Assembly (NCBI GenBank): GCA_963543315.1
Contig: CAUUAW010000001.1
Span: forward strand, 79,892 to 143,891
Length of the DNA: 64,000 nt
Reading direction: 5' to 3'
Origin: an uncultured Porphyromonas sp.
GTDB lineage: Bacteria > Bacteroidota > Bacteroidia > Bacteroidales > Porphyromonadaceae
Under the pieces are notes generated by a model. The model did not search any database and was not told where the DNA came from. It saw only the letters and a program-made list of their open reading frames with translations. The position numbers and the translations under genes were made by a program. Below are positions 20,914 through 30,885 of the stretch, one piece after another. Positions within the stretch are counted from its first letter, which is position 1. The number at the start of each line of letters is the position of its first letter.

Positions 20914-23014
20914 GGTGATCTCTACAAGTAAACCGTCCGAGATAGACTGGGATCGCCTCCTAGAAGATCAAGAAGCTCTCCGAGACAGACAAATCTCTCG
21001 TCTAGAAGCTGGGGAGGAGCATGAGGGGCTAGGTGGGGAATACCCTCTAGGGAGCTCCAAATCTCTAAGTCTAAAACACGAGCAATCGTTGTCTGCACGA
21101 CCAAGCTCTCCGCAGGAAGTCTTGAGACATTACTGGGGATACTCGGATTTTCGCCTGAAGCAAGCTGAGATTATCGAGAGTGTTTTGGCGAGGCAAGATA
21201 CGCTCGGCCTACTGCCGACAGGTGGTGGAAAGAGTATTACCTTCCAAGTCCCAACAATGCTGCACAAGGGTCTTACACTTGTTATTACACCTCTGATCGC
21301 ACTGATCAAGGACCAAGTGGACGGGCTTAATAGGAGAGGCATACTCGCTACAGCGCTTCATTCGGGAATGGAGTACAAAGAAATACAGCGAGCTCTGGAC
21401 AACTGTCTGTACGGAGGGTACAAGTTTCTCTATGTATCTCCGGAGCGTCTTGCATCGCCACTCTTTCTGGCTTGTCTACCATCCCTACCGATAGAGCTGA
21501 TTGTCGTAGACGAGTGTCATTGTATCTCACAGTGGGGATATGACTTTCGACCGAGCTATCTAAAGATAGCACACATACGACAGTATTATCCAGAAGTTCC
21601 GATCCTAGCGCTTACGGCAACAGCTACACCAGAGGTTGTAGAGGATATCATGGCACGTCTAGCCTTTCGTGAGCCGCATGTGATTAATAGCTCCTTTGCT
21701 AGAGATAATCTCCAGTATATAGTACGTCAGACATCTGACAAGACCACTGAGCTCTTGCACATCCTCTCGTCAACAACGGGCAGTGCTATTGTCTACTGCC
21801 GTAATCGTAAGAGGACTCAAGAGCTAGCGAAGATGCTCCAAGAGACAGGCTTTTCGGCACACTTTTATCACGCCGGACTACCACACGCAGAGCGCGAGAT
21901 CAAGCAAAATGCCTGGATGGCGGGGGATGTACGAGTGATGGTCTGTACAAATGCTTTTGGTATGGGCATCGATAAGCCGGATGTACGCCTTGTCGTCCAT
22001 TGGAGCATGCCGATAGCTCTAGAGGAGTACTTCCAAGAAGCTGGTCGTGCAGGTCGTGATGGGCAGCGCTCCTATGCTGTTGTCATGTATGAGCGCCGAG
22101 ACAGGGCTATGCTCTTACGCCGTGTACAAGACGCATTTCCTGATAAGACCTATATCCGTAACATCTATGATACCCTCTATAGTTATCTACGCATCGGAAT
22201 CGGCGAAGGGTTAGGACGAAGCTATGAAATAGACTTAGAGAAGTTCATTAGAACGCAACATCTCCACCCAATACAGAGCCTGAGTGCCATGCATATCTTA
22301 GAGCTTGCCGGAGCTTGGGAGTTACTCCTTGACGAGAGTCGGTCACGTCTCTTTGTGGAAGTGTCGAGAGAGGAGCTTTACTATGTCCGTGGTATCTCAG
22401 AGATAGACGATAGAGTACTCCGATCTGTGTTAAGGAATTATACGGGTCTCTTCGCCGATTACGTTTTTATTGATGAGCGCACGATAGCCATTCAGACGCA
22501 TTTGACAGGGCAAGAGGTATACGAAGCCTTGGTCAGGCTGAGTCATAGAGGTATCATACACTATGTCCCGAAAAAGCATTTGCCTCGCATCCTCTTTTAC
22601 ACCCGTCGGGAGCGCAAGAATCACTTTCTCATACCTCAAGAGGTTTACGAGCACCGTAAAGAAGCTATGATAAAGCGTCTGCAGGCTACGGTTGCTTACC
22701 TTGATAACAATCAGGAGTGTAGGCAGAGTCAGCTCTTACGTTACTTTGGCGAGGAGCATAGAGAACCCTGTGGGCGATGCGACTGTTGTCTCGCACGAAA
22801 AGCCCAAACCCCACAGCATGTCTCCCTTATGTTGAGCCGTCTTAGGGGATTTGTAGAGCAGATAGACTGGAGCCAACAAGCTGAGCAGCCCACCCTACAG
22901 AGTATCGCGGATGAAATGGGGATACAATTAAAGCAGTTATTGCCTCTCATACAGACCTTGATGGATCAAGACGATCACTACAGTTCGGATGGAGTACACC
23001 TTTTCAAAATTTGA
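20864..23014 (+). CDS. recQ: ATP-dependent DNA helicase RecQ
   Basis: Helicase motifs LPTGGGKS and VVDECHCISQWGYDFRPSY, the RecQ zinc-binding cluster CRQSQLLRYFGEEHREPCGRCDCC, and an HRDC-like tail. The ATG at 20864 overlaps recJ by 50 nt. An in-frame GTG at 20915, directly after the recJ stop, is an alternative start. Confidence 0.88.
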   Translation: MSRYNNQEKTYLQTNDKVISTSKPSEIDWDRLLEDQEALRDRQISRLEAGEEHEGLGGEYPLGSSKSLSLKHEQSLSARPSSPQEVLRHYWGYSDFRLKQAEIIESVLARQDTLGLLPTGGGKSITFQVPTMLHKGLTLVITPLIALIKDQVDGLNRRGILATALHSGMEYKEIQRALDNCLYGGYKFLYVSPERLASPLFLACLPSLPIELIVVDECHCISQWGYDFRPSYLKIAHIRQYYPEVPILALTATATPEVVEDIMARLAFREPHVINSSFARDNLQYIVRQTSDKTTELLHILSSTTGSAIVYCRNRKRTQELAKMLQETGFSAHFYHAGLPHAEREIKQNAWMAGDVRVMVCTNAFGMGIDKPDVRLVVHWSMPIALEEYFQEAGRAGRDGQRSYAVVMYERRDRAMLLRRVQDAFPDKTYIRNIYDTLYSYLRIGIGEGLGRSYEIDLEKFIRTQHLHPIQSLSAMHILELAGAWELLLDESRSRLFVEVSREELYYVRGISEIDDRVLRSVLRNYTGLFADYVFIDERTIAIQTHLTGQEVYEALVRLSHRGIIHYVPKKHLPRILFYTRRERKNHFLIPQEVYEHRKEAMIKRLQATVAYLDNNQECRQSQLLRYFGEEHREPCGRCDCCLARKAQTPQHVSLMLSRLRGFVEQIDWSQQAEQPTLQSIADEMGIQLKQLLPLIQTLMDQDDHYSSDGVHLFKI

Positions 23015-23041
23015 TCACTCGGACTAAGACCGGTTCATAAC

Positions 23042-23944
23042 ATGATTGTATATCCTCACGCTAAGATAAATCTCGGTCTACGCATCCTGCATCGTCGTCC
23101 CGATGGTTACCATGATATAGAGAGCCTTATGCTTCCGATTGGATGGTCAGACTCTCTCTCTGTCAAGATACTTCCATCTCGCGAATCCATTGGGTATGTG
23201 AGAGATAGCTATCAAGTCAGGGGCTTCCCCGAAGTTCCTCCCTTAGAGGGGAATTTGGTCTACAAGGCGATGCAATTACTGCGGCAGCATCATCTCGAGA
23301 TCCCCTCGCTATCCCTTACTCTAGATAAACGTATCCCGACACAAGCAGGGCTGGGAGGAGGATCTGCGGACGCTGCCTACACTCTAATTGCTGTCAATGA
23401 GCTGTGTCACCTAAAGCTAACGGTAGAGCAATTAGAGGGGATGGCAGGATTGCTCGGTAGTGACTGTCCTTTTTTCATCCGGGGTTACCCTGCTCTAGCC
23501 ACAGGTCGAGGTGAGGTGCTTACACCCATTCCAATGCCTGAGGTACTCCGTGGGGTGTGGCTTTTTGTCATCAAGCCTCCGCACGGGGTTCGCACGGCAG
23601 AGGCTTACAGTCAAGTCTCACGTCATCCAGAGACCGAGGGTACATTACTCTCATTGCTGCAAAAGCCTATAGAGCATTGGCGAGACACCATCGTCAATGA
23701 CTTTGAGCAGGTCGTCTTCTCCCAATATCCGCTATTGGAGCATCTGCGAGATGTACTATACCAAGAGGGGGCTTACTATGCAGCTATGTCAGGATCTGGG
23801 ACTGCCATCTACGGGCTTTTTGCTAGTAATCCGCTAAAGGATCGCTCCACCCCCCTAGGAGAACTACAGACAAAATACGCAACATGGCTAGAGCGTTTGG
23901 GATCGGGTAAAAATAATTCCCGAGTGGTAAAATATTCCTCCTAG
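23042..23944 (+). CDS. ispE: 4-(cytidine 5'-diphospho)-2-C-methyl-D-erythritol kinase
   Basis: 300 aa with N-terminal AKINLGLRIL and the GHMP kinase motif PTQAGLGGGSADAA. Confidence 0.85.
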   Translation: MIVYPHAKINLGLRILHRRPDGYHDIESLMLPIGWSDSLSVKILPSRESIGYVRDSYQVRGFPEVPPLEGNLVYKAMQLLRQHHLEIPSLSLTLDKRIPTQAGLGGGSADAAYTLIAVNELCHLKLTVEQLEGMAGLLGSDCPFFIRGYPALATGRGEVLTPIPMPEVLRGVWLFVIKPPHGVRTAEAYSQVSRHPETEGTLLSLLQKPIEHWRDTIVNDFEQVVFSQYPLLEHLRDVLYQEGAYYAAMSGSGTAIYGLFASNPLKDRSTPLGELQTKYATWLERLGSGKNNSRVVKYSS

Positions 23945-24075
23945 AATACTTGATTGACAATTCCCGAAAGAGCGATTGGGTATTCCGGAATCCTTCCTTT
24001 GTCACGACGGAGTCTTTGGCTAAGCATACGGGAGAGGATGCGCTCCTCAATCGAAGAGGTCTTCAGAAAATCACT
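23941..24075. repeat. 22-bp-phased palindromic repeat array (about 6 units)
   Basis: Units CTAGAATACTTGATTGACAATT / CCCGAAAGAGCGATTGGGTATT / CCGGAATCCTTCCTTTGTCACG / ACGGAGTCTTTGGCTAAGCAT / ACGGGAGAGG... Lies between the convergent ispE and mfd genes. Confidence 0.7.
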
Positions 24076-24092
24076 ACGAAGCCCGCGGTCAG

Positions 24093-27000
24093 TTAGGCGG
24101 ACGCCTTTGATGTAAATAGTTTTTTATAAAGCTCCGATAGGATCTTATTTGCCTGATATACAGATGTTACATTGCTCCATCTCACACTACGGCGCCCCTC
24201 ACGACTCTCTCGCACCTCACACGATTTGCCATAACTGGGGATGCTCTCCAGAAGGATGCCAAAGGCTCTCCCCTGATAGTAGGTCGATCCACTGGGCGGC
24301 AGATACAGAACCATCTGACCTCGACGGAGGGAGAGTTTGTCGATACCGAGATGACTCGCCAGACGACGCAGACGTGGCACCATGAGGAGCCCTTTGGTCT
24401 GTGTGGGGAGTTGACCGAATCGATCCTTGAGGTTGTCAGCAAATCGCTGTAGCTCCAGGTCACTCTCCAGCTCGTCTAGCTCGCGATAGAGTAGGATGCG
24501 CTCACTGTCTTGTGGTATATACTCATGAGGGAGGGAGAGATCCAAATCAGTGTCAATGGTCGTGTCTGTGAGTGTATTGCCTAGCTCTGCCTGCTGCTCT
24601 GTCTGGGCGGCAAATAGCTCTGCGTAGTCCTCTTGCTTGACCTCTCGGACTGCCTCTTCAAAGACTTTGCGATAAGTCTCAAAGCCTAAGTCAGCGATAA
24701 ATCCACTTTGCTCTGTACCTAGTATATTTCCTGCTCCGCGGATGTCCAGATCTTGCAGAGCTATGCGCATACCACTCCCAAGATCAGAGAGGCTCTCTAT
24801 AGCTTTGACACGGCGAGCTGCAGACTCTGTCAGCGTGGCTATAGGAGGAGTAATGAGATAACAGTAGGCATGAGCACCACCTCGCCCCACACGCCCTCGC
24901 AATTGATGCAGGTCACTCAAGCCGTAGCGATGGGCGGAATTGATCAAGATCGTATTGACGTTTGGCATGTCAATACCGTTCTCAATGATCGATGTCGCTA
25001 GGAGCAGGTCAAACTCCTGTTGGGCAAAGCGTAAGAGTATATCCTCTGTCTCACTGGGGGTCATACGTCCGTGCGCGATCGCTATACGTATACCCGGTAC
25101 ACAATCTTGTATCTGCCCTGCAACGGCATGGATAGACTCAATGCGATTATGCACGAAAAAGACTTGACCATGCCGTGCTAATTCATATCCTATTGCGTCG
25201 GCAATGGTCTCACGAGACCAGCGAATGAGCCTCGTCGTTACGGGACGACGGTTGCGTGGAGGCGTATTGATATTAGAGAGATCTCGGGCACCCATCAGGG
25301 AGAACTGCAACGTACGTGGGATCGGCGTCGCAGAGAGTGTCAGAGTATCTACGTTTACTTGTAGCTTACGAAGCTGTTCCTTTGCTTTTACTCCGAACTT
25401 CTGCTCCTCATCTATAATGAGTAGTCCAAGAGATTTAAAGGCAACCCCCTTGCCGAGTAGACGGTGTGTACCAATCAATACATCCACTCTTCCCTCCGCA
25501 AGATCCATAAGGATCTCCTTAGTTTGTTTGGGACTCTTGGCTCGTGATAGGTACTCGATGCGACAAGGAAGCCCCTCCAGCCGTTTGGTAAATGTCTGAT
25601 AATGCTGATATGCTAAGATAGTCGTGGGGACGAGCACAGCGACTTGCTTGCTATCGGCTACAGCTTTGAAGGCTGCTCGTATGGCAACCTCTGTCTTGCC
25701 AAAGCCGACATCTCCACAGATTAATCTGTCCATGGGGCGGGCGCTCTCCATATCTGCCTTGATTTGACTTATAGCCTTTAGTTGATCAGGAGTCTCTTCG
25801 TAGGCAAAGGATGCCTCCATCTCGTGCTGCAGATAACTGTCGGGAGAAAAGGTAAAGCCCGGCTGCTCCTTACGGGCTGCATAAAGGGCGATCAGATCTC
25901 GTGCTATAGATTTGATCTTGGTCTTGGCTCGCTCTTTGAGGCGTGTCCAAGCCCCAGTCCCTAATCTACTAAGTTGTGGGGCGTCTCCCTCTTGCGCTTG
26001 ATACTTGGATAGCTTATGCAGACTATGGATACTGACGAGTAGTACATCCTTGTTTTGATAAACAAGCTTGACAACTTCTCGGGGTTTGCCATCTACCTCC
26101 GTAGTAAGCAATCCATCAAACTGAGCCACGCCATGATCACTATGGACAATGTAATCTCCTGGAGAGATCATATGCAACTCTTTTAGCGAAAGGGCTGCAT
26201 CGGCATTTCGTATGCGCTCGCTCTTGAGCTGGTAATGATGATAGCGATCGAAGACTTGGTGATCTGTCAATAGCAGGATATCCAGATCTTTGTCCTCAAA
26301 TCCCTCATGAATAACCAGAGGGACCCATTCGGGGAGTAGCTCTTGCGCATCGCGCTCTAGGAGTATTTCCTCAAGACGTTGTGCTTGTACCGAAGAGTCT
26401 GAGAGGAAGAAACTCTTAAAAAATCCGCGCTTGCGGACTTGCAACTCCTCTACCAATAGATCAAAATGTCTGTGAATGAGTAGTTGCGGCTTGGTAGCAA
26501 AGGAGATGCGATCCGCTATAATGGGTAATCCCTCTGTGGGGGTAGCGATGATCTTCTTCCGGCTTTCAATGTCTAACTCTAGTGAGGGAGGCTCAACGAG
26601 TAGCGAGCGCATCTCTCTTTGTATCGTAAAGGCTCCCTCATTATCCACTGCAAGCTCAGCATTGTATAGGAGTCTCCATCGCTCTATTAGGGTATCATAG
26701 CGACTGATCCATAGGTTATATGCCGGTGATAAGATAGATAAAAGAGAGGAGCGCTCTTGCGTCTTATCCCCGTCTCGTATACTAAGAGCTGGAGCTATCT
26801 GAGCCTGCTCGCAAGATCCTACAGATAGCTGGCTCTCTATATCGAAAAGGCGGATACTCTCTATCTGATCATCAAAAAAGTCTATACGATACGGGTAAGT
26901 ACTTCCATAGGAAAAGATGTCGACCAAACTGCCCCTATAGACCACTTGTCCCGGACTATATACATAATCAACCTCCTCAAAGCCATCCTTCATTAGCCGC

Positions 27001-27446
27001 TCTCTGAGCACATCACGTCGGATCTCCTCTCCGACTCTTAGTGTAAAGCAACTCTCCGCGACCTCTCTCTCTGAGGGGATTGCCTCAGCAAGAGCTTCGG
27101 GATAGGAAACTATGAGAGGTGTTGCCCCAGAAGCTATACGTGTGAGTAGCTCAGCACGGAGCACCTCTTGGGAAGGCTCTCGCTGACCATACTTGATATG
27201 TCTGTGGAAGGCTGAGGGATAATAGCATGCCTCGACGCCTAATGCCTCCAAATCTCCTAGTATATATCCTGCGCTATCTGCATCCTCCGCAATTACTACA
27301 TAGGGATGCTCACGAGCTATTGTCGCAAGGATAAAAGCTGGTGCAGAAGCTGTCACCCCCTCGAGCTCTACACAACGACCTCCTTGTAGGGCTGCACGCA
27401 GCTCTACAATGCGAGGATGGTCCTGCCAAAGGTCGAGGAGGGACAT
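24093..27446 (-). CDS. mfd: transcription-repair coupling factor
   Basis: 1117 aa with a UvrB-homology N-terminus, a CarD-like domain, superfamily-2 helicase motifs (GDVGFGKTEVA, IIDEEQKFGV) and a TRG region. Confidence 0.93.
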   Translation of the reverse strand: MSLLDLWQDHPRIVELRAALQGGRCVELEGVTASAPAFILATIAREHPYVVIAEDADSAGYILGDLEALGVEACYYPSAFHRHIKYGQREPSQEVLRAELLTRIASGATPLIVSYPEALAEAIPSEREVAESCFTLRVGEEIRRDVLRERLMKDGFEEVDYVYSPGQVVYRGSLVDIFSYGSTYPYRIDFFDDQIESIRLFDIESQLSVGSCEQAQIAPALSIRDGDKTQERSSLLSILSPAYNLWISRYDTLIERWRLLYNAELAVDNEGAFTIQREMRSLLVEPPSLELDIESRKKIIATPTEGLPIIADRISFATKPQLLIHRHFDLLVEELQVRKRGFFKSFFLSDSSVQAQRLEEILLERDAQELLPEWVPLVIHEGFEDKDLDILLLTDHQVFDRYHHYQLKSERIRNADAALSLKELHMISPGDYIVHSDHGVAQFDGLLTTEVDGKPREVVKLVYQNKDVLLVSIHSLHKLSKYQAQEGDAPQLSRLGTGAWTRLKERAKTKIKSIARDLIALYAARKEQPGFTFSPDSYLQHEMEASFAYEETPDQLKAISQIKADMESARPMDRLICGDVGFGKTEVAIRAAFKAVADSKQVAVLVPTTILAYQHYQTFTKRLEGLPCRIEYLSRAKSPKQTKEILMDLAEGRVDVLIGTHRLLGKGVAFKSLGLLIIDEEQKFGVKAKEQLRKLQVNVDTLTLSATPIPRTLQFSLMGARDLSNINTPPRNRRPVTTRLIRWSRETIADAIGYELARHGQVFFVHNRIESIHAVAGQIQDCVPGIRIAIAHGRMTPSETEDILLRFAQQEFDLLLATSIIENGIDMPNVNTILINSAHRYGLSDLHQLRGRVGRGGAHAYCYLITPPIATLTESAARRVKAIESLSDLGSGMRIALQDLDIRGAGNILGTEQSGFIADLGFETYRKVFEEAVREVKQEDYAELFAAQTEQQAELGNTLTDTTIDTDLDLSLPHEYIPQDSERILLYRELDELESDLELQRFADNLKDRFGQLPTQTKGLLMVPRLRRLASHLGIDKLSLRRGQMVLYLPPSGSTYYQGRAFGILLESIPSYGKSCEVRESREGRRSVRWSNVTSVYQANKILSELYKKLFTSKASA

Positions 27447-27488
27447 CTTAAATGGGGAAAAACTTCTTATTCCTCTAGTCCCCCCTCA

Positions 27489-28376
27489 CTACTGCTGGTG
27501 ACGTGCCAAGAGCGTATTTTGCATCAAACTGATGATCGTCATCGGTCCTACGCCACCAGGGACTGGCGTTATATACGAGCAGTGAGGTGCTACTGCATCG
27601 AAGTCTACGTCACCAGCTATGCGAAATCCACTCTTCTTCGTCTCGTCTGGTATGCGTGTGATACCGACATCGATGACAATAGCCCCATCCTTGACCATAT
27701 CTCCTTTGACGAAGTAAGGGATACCAATAGCTGCTACGATGATATCTGCTTGACGGCATACCGCTGCAATGTCCTTTGTCTTACTATGGCAGATCGTGAC
27801 AGTGGCGTCACCCTGTGCACCTTTTTGGAGGAAGAGCTGAGCAATAGGCTTACCCACAATATTGCTACGCCCGAGGATTACGACATGTTTGCCCTGAGTG
27901 TTAATGTCATACCTTTTGAGCAGCTCGATGATCCCCTTTGGAGTTGCAGGGACAAAACTCGCCTCTCCAAGACTGAGCAGCCCGACATTGATCGGATGAA
28001 AGCCGTCTACATCCTTTCGATAGTCCACGGCATGGATTACGGCTTGCTCATCAATGTGTTTCGGAAGCGGTAATTGGATGATAAAGCCATCCACATCGGG
28101 ATCATTGTTGAGCAGTTCTATCTCTCCGATAAGCTCTTGTTGTGTAATGCTCTCGTCGAAGCGCTTTGTCAGGGATACGAAACCGACCTCTTCGCAAGCC
28201 TTAATCTTGCTCGCTATGTAGGTCTCGCTTGCACCATCATGCCCTACGATAATTGCTCCCAAACAGGGAGGGCGCTGCCCCTTGGCAACCATTTCCCTGA
28301 CCTCCTCGGCAATCTCTTGCTTCATCTGTGCAGATGTCGCCTTGCCGTCTAGACAGATGTATGATCGTTGTGTCAT
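27489..28376 (-). CDS. folD: bifunctional methylenetetrahydrofolate dehydrogenase / methenyl-THF cyclohydrolase
   Basis: 295 aa with [12 protein letters not shown] and [10 protein letters not shown] motifs, typical of FolD. Confidence 0.93.
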   Translation of the reverse strand: MTQRSYICLDGKATSAQMKQEIAEEVREMVAKGQRPPCLGAIIVGHDGASETYIASKIKACEEVGFVSLTKRFDESITQQELIGEIELLNNDPDVDGFIIQLPLPKHIDEQAVIHAVDYRKDVDGFHPINVGLLSLGEASFVPATPKGIIELLKRYDINTQGKHVVILGRSNIVGKPIAQLFLQKGAQGDATVTICHSKTKDIAAVCRQADIIVAAIGIPYFVKGDMVKDGAIVIDVGITRIPDETKKSGFRIAGDVDFDAVAPHCSYITPVPGGVGPMTIISLMQNTLLARHQQ

Positions 28377-28457
28377 AAAGTATGATATATAGATTGATAG
28401 TTATCGTGCTATTATTAGAGATAGGTACTCCTCGCTCTCGTCTCAAATATAGTGGCA

Positions 28458-28465
28458 CAAAGGTA
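28458..28465 (-). promoter_or_regulatory. Bacteroidota -7 promoter box (TACCTTTG)
   Basis: Exact TAnnTTTG on the minus strand, about 82 nt upstream of the folD ATG (28376). Confidence 0.45.
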
Positions 28466-28548
28466 ACGAAAATAAGAGAGCCCCTCTGAATCTTAAAGCA
28501 CTACTCAGAGAGGAGGTGCAATATAAATTGGAGCCTATAGCACATGGC

Positions 28549-28750
28549 TTTGGATGAAATCATCGATATTACCAGAGCTCTTTTTCATTTCTTACGGGAG
28601 GCTCGAATCTGCATTCCGGAAAGATGAAATGACATTTACAGAGTAGTCAAACGATCTCTCCGGTAATATTAAAACCGTGTTTTGGAGTAAAAAACCAATG
28701 GACCCCGAACTCTTTTTTCAAATAATCCCGTGGTAGGAATTTCACCTCCC
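28549..28750. repeat. 22-bp-phased palindromic repeat array (about 8-9 units, decaying), immediately downstream of cas2
   Basis: Units ...ACCAGAGCTCTTTTTCATTTCTT / ACGGGAGGCTCGAATCTGCATT / CCGGAAAGATGAAATGACATTT / ACAGAGTAGTCAAACGATCTCT / CCGGTAATATTAAAACCGTGTTTT / ... / CCGAACTCTTTTTTCAAATAATC / CCGTGGTAGGAATTTC... Confidence 0.7.
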
Positions 28751-28818
28751 AGCTTTCACAGGTTGCAGAGCCATGAAGCAGTCCTGAGAGCTTTCATGAA
28801 AATCCCTGGGGACTTCAA

Positions 28819-29109
28819 TCATATGAGTAACACGCCTTCGGGGTCTACGCCCTTTGTTTTGCCAATGGTAGTTATCTTAGTCTGATAGTTAGAGCCAAGA
28901 TGGTAAATGCGTAGGGAGTCGCTCTCTAAGTCTATAGTCTCTGCAAGTGATATCTCTAGCTCTACTCTTTGGGCTGGAGACACAAGGCACTCGAAGACAG
29001 AGTTTTGGACACGCTGACCATAGTCTTGGCATATCTTAGCGACTTGGCGTAGTCTCCTAACCCCATCGGGGGAGGCCGTGTTGACATCGTAGGCAATTAG
29101 CAAGTACAT
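28819..29109 (-). CDS. cas2: CRISPR-associated endoribonuclease Cas2
   Basis: 96 aa. MYLLIAYDVNT...RVQNSVFEC is the canonical Cas2 N-terminus. Overlaps cas1 by 1 nt. Confidence 0.93.
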   Translation of the reverse strand: MYLLIAYDVNTASPDGVRRLRQVAKICQDYGQRVQNSVFECLVSPAQRVELEISLAETIDLESDSLRIYHLGSNYQTKITTIGKTKGVDPEGVLLI

Positions 29110-30140
29110 TAGCTCTGGTTTAGAAAGGCGGGATAGTCATCGAGGTCTCCTCTGAAACATCGTGCGAGGAGCTGCGCTTGGACATAAGGTAAAAGTCCTA
29201 TGGGAATATGCTCTTTGAGGAATGGATGTGTGATCTCCTCTCGCTTACGTTGCTGCCATGCAGCGAGAAGAGTCTTGCGAGCTGCTTCTTTAAGTAGGTA
29301 CCCGTCTTCCCCTTGAGCAATAAAGTCTGATGGAGTAATCTGTCTCTTGTTAATTACGGTCAGGACAAAACGGTCTACGACATAGGCTCTTAGCTCCTCC
29401 ATAAGATCTAACGCAAGACTCGCCCTACCAGGTCTATCGACATGGAAAAAGCCAACGTATGGATCCAGTCCTACGGCCTCTAGAGCTGCGGAAACGTCAT
29501 GTGCTAGGATGGTGTAGAAGAATGAGAGGAGGGCATTCGTCTCATCTTTGGGAGGTCGTCTCGATCTTCCCTCAAAGGCAAACTCTCGGCGCCGGATGAG
29601 GTGATGAAAGAGTGCAAAGTATTGCTGTGCGGCTAAACCCTCTATTCCCAAGACACCCATACGATCCCTCTTATATATCAGACTTTTCTGTAGGATCTTG
29701 AGTTGATTGAGAACCTCTTGAAAGGCTTCTTGAACCGCACCTATTGGGTGATAATCACGTAGATATCGACTGAGTACAGCTCGCTGATTGATTATCTTAC
29801 CTGAGATAAATAGTGTAGCGAAATGGGTTGCCGCCGGCTCATCGTCTGCAATACGATACTGAGTACGTCTCAGTAGCACATTGCCCCTAGTAGGACCCTC
29901 TAGCGATCCAATGTAATGCCCTGTCGGAGTGAGGAAGGTTAGCTTGACACCTTGCTGTACACATAGCTGCATGAGCCCCGGCGAAGCTCCCATGTAGGAG
30001 AACGAGATAATCCCCTCTAGATTGTGTATTGGTATGCGAAAGGTCTCCTCGCCATCTACTCGAGCGACTACATTAGTCCCATCTTTAAGTAGATAGACGT
30101 TGGGAGTGAGGATATAGAGAGTGTTGAGAAGCTTTCTCAT
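29109..30140 (-). CDS. cas1: CRISPR-associated integrase Cas1 (type I-C)
   Basis: 343 aa with a Cas1 fold pattern (LNTLYI...LLKDG; C-terminal alpha-helical domain with E/H/D residues). Sits between cas4 and cas2. Confidence 0.93.
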   Translation of the reverse strand: MRKLLNTLYILTPNVYLLKDGTNVVARVDGEETFRIPIHNLEGIISFSYMGASPGLMQLCVQQGVKLTFLTPTGHYIGSLEGPTRGNVLLRRTQYRIADDEPAATHFATLFISGKIINQRAVLSRYLRDYHPIGAVQEAFQEVLNQLKILQKSLIYKRDRMGVLGIEGLAAQQYFALFHHLIRRREFAFEGRSRRPPKDETNALLSFFYTILAHDVSAALEAVGLDPYVGFFHVDRPGRASLALDLMEELRAYVVDRFVLTVINKRQITPSDFIAQGEDGYLLKEAARKTLLAAWQQRKREEITHPFLKEHIPIGLLPYVQAQLLARCFRGDLDDYPAFLNQS

Positions 30141-30814
30141 GAGATCAGTATATCGTGATGCCTCAGGTAACTCTTTGCAGATCGATGCGAGGCAATCCGT
30201 GGTAAACAGTCATCCAAGAGAGAGCATGAGCGACACTGACGAGTATAGTGAGACGGGATAGGAGCTCGCCGTGAGAAGGCCTCGTGCATCTTACGAGCTA
30301 CAGACCGGCATTCAGCTCGTAAAGAGTCCTCCATCTCAACGAGTAGGCGATGTCGCATCTCCCCATAGTAGAGATATCCCTCTGAAATAGATACCTGATA
30401 CATCTCTTCTAGAGCTATAACTTGAGCACACAGCTGCAATTTGTCAGCAAGATGATACTTGGGCTTGCCACGCTTATACTCGACTGGGGCTGCCCGCCAC
30501 TCTCCTGGATACTTAGAATGCCGAAATGGTCTCAGATTTCGATCCTGCTGGGGTGTTAGCTCAACAGCATCGGATAGCCCATAGAGACCTAGAGTATAAG
30601 AGATCAGAGGTACACGCCTCATGGTGATCGTATCACCGACTCTAGCACTCAGCTCAGGCTGATCAACACGCCTGTGGAGTATCTGCCCCAGAGCAGTGAG
30701 GTGGTTATCATGCCATATCTGCTCTAGGGTGATCAGCTGCCACTGTCGAGGGCAGAAGCAGTAGTGCTGTATCTCGGAGATAGTCAATAGCTCCTCCTCT
30801 CTGTAGTGTCTCAT
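30137..30814 (-). CDS. cas4: CRISPR-associated exonuclease Cas4 (RecB-like, Fe-S)
   Basis: 225 aa with an N-terminal Cys (YCFCPRQW), a C-terminal CRSCSLLDDC cluster and a RecB nuclease core (DAVEL...EYKRGKPK). Overlaps cas1 by 4 nt. Confidence 0.9.
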   Translation of the reverse strand: MRHYREEELLTISEIQHYCFCPRQWQLITLEQIWHDNHLTALGQILHRRVDQPELSARVGDTITMRRVPLISYTLGLYGLSDAVELTPQQDRNLRPFRHSKYPGEWRAAPVEYKRGKPKYHLADKLQLCAQVIALEEMYQVSISEGYLYYGEMRHRLLVEMEDSLRAECRSVARKMHEAFSRRAPIPSHYTRQCRSCSLLDDCLPRIASHRSAKSYLRHHDILIS

Positions 30815-30885
30815 AGGGAGAGGACTGAGAATAAGTCCCAGTCGCAGTGCTTGTACTACGATTGGGACTCTTATACCAGTGAGGA

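Noticed and set aside
23823-24050. A 75-aa minus-strand ORF after ispE, and similarly 59249-59443 and 59386-59613 near the LRR gene.
   Set aside because: They overlap repeat arrays and the ends of better-supported genes, and they have no motifs.
27417-28073. A 218-aa plus-strand ORF, together with many similar ORFs antisense to real genes (e.g. 25204-25599, 39557-39979, 40357-40752, 17285-17599, 31182-31589, 62993-63346).
   Set aside because: Each lies entirely within and antisense to a gene with strong family motifs (folD, mfd, DJ-1, tonB, DUF438, cas7, LRR). Their translations are low-complexity or Ser/Arg-rich with no motifs. They are shadow ORFs.
28377-28818. A CRISPR array or leader downstream of cas2, including a possible lone degenerate repeat around 28735-28770 (reverse complement CTCTGCAACCTGTGAAAGCTGGGAGGTGAAAT).
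   Set aside because: No sequence of 28-37 bp occurs twice in this interval. The only periodicity is the spacer-less 22-bp unit family. The single GTGAAAT-ending stretch has no second copy and no convincing stem-loop, so it is not enough to call a repeat.
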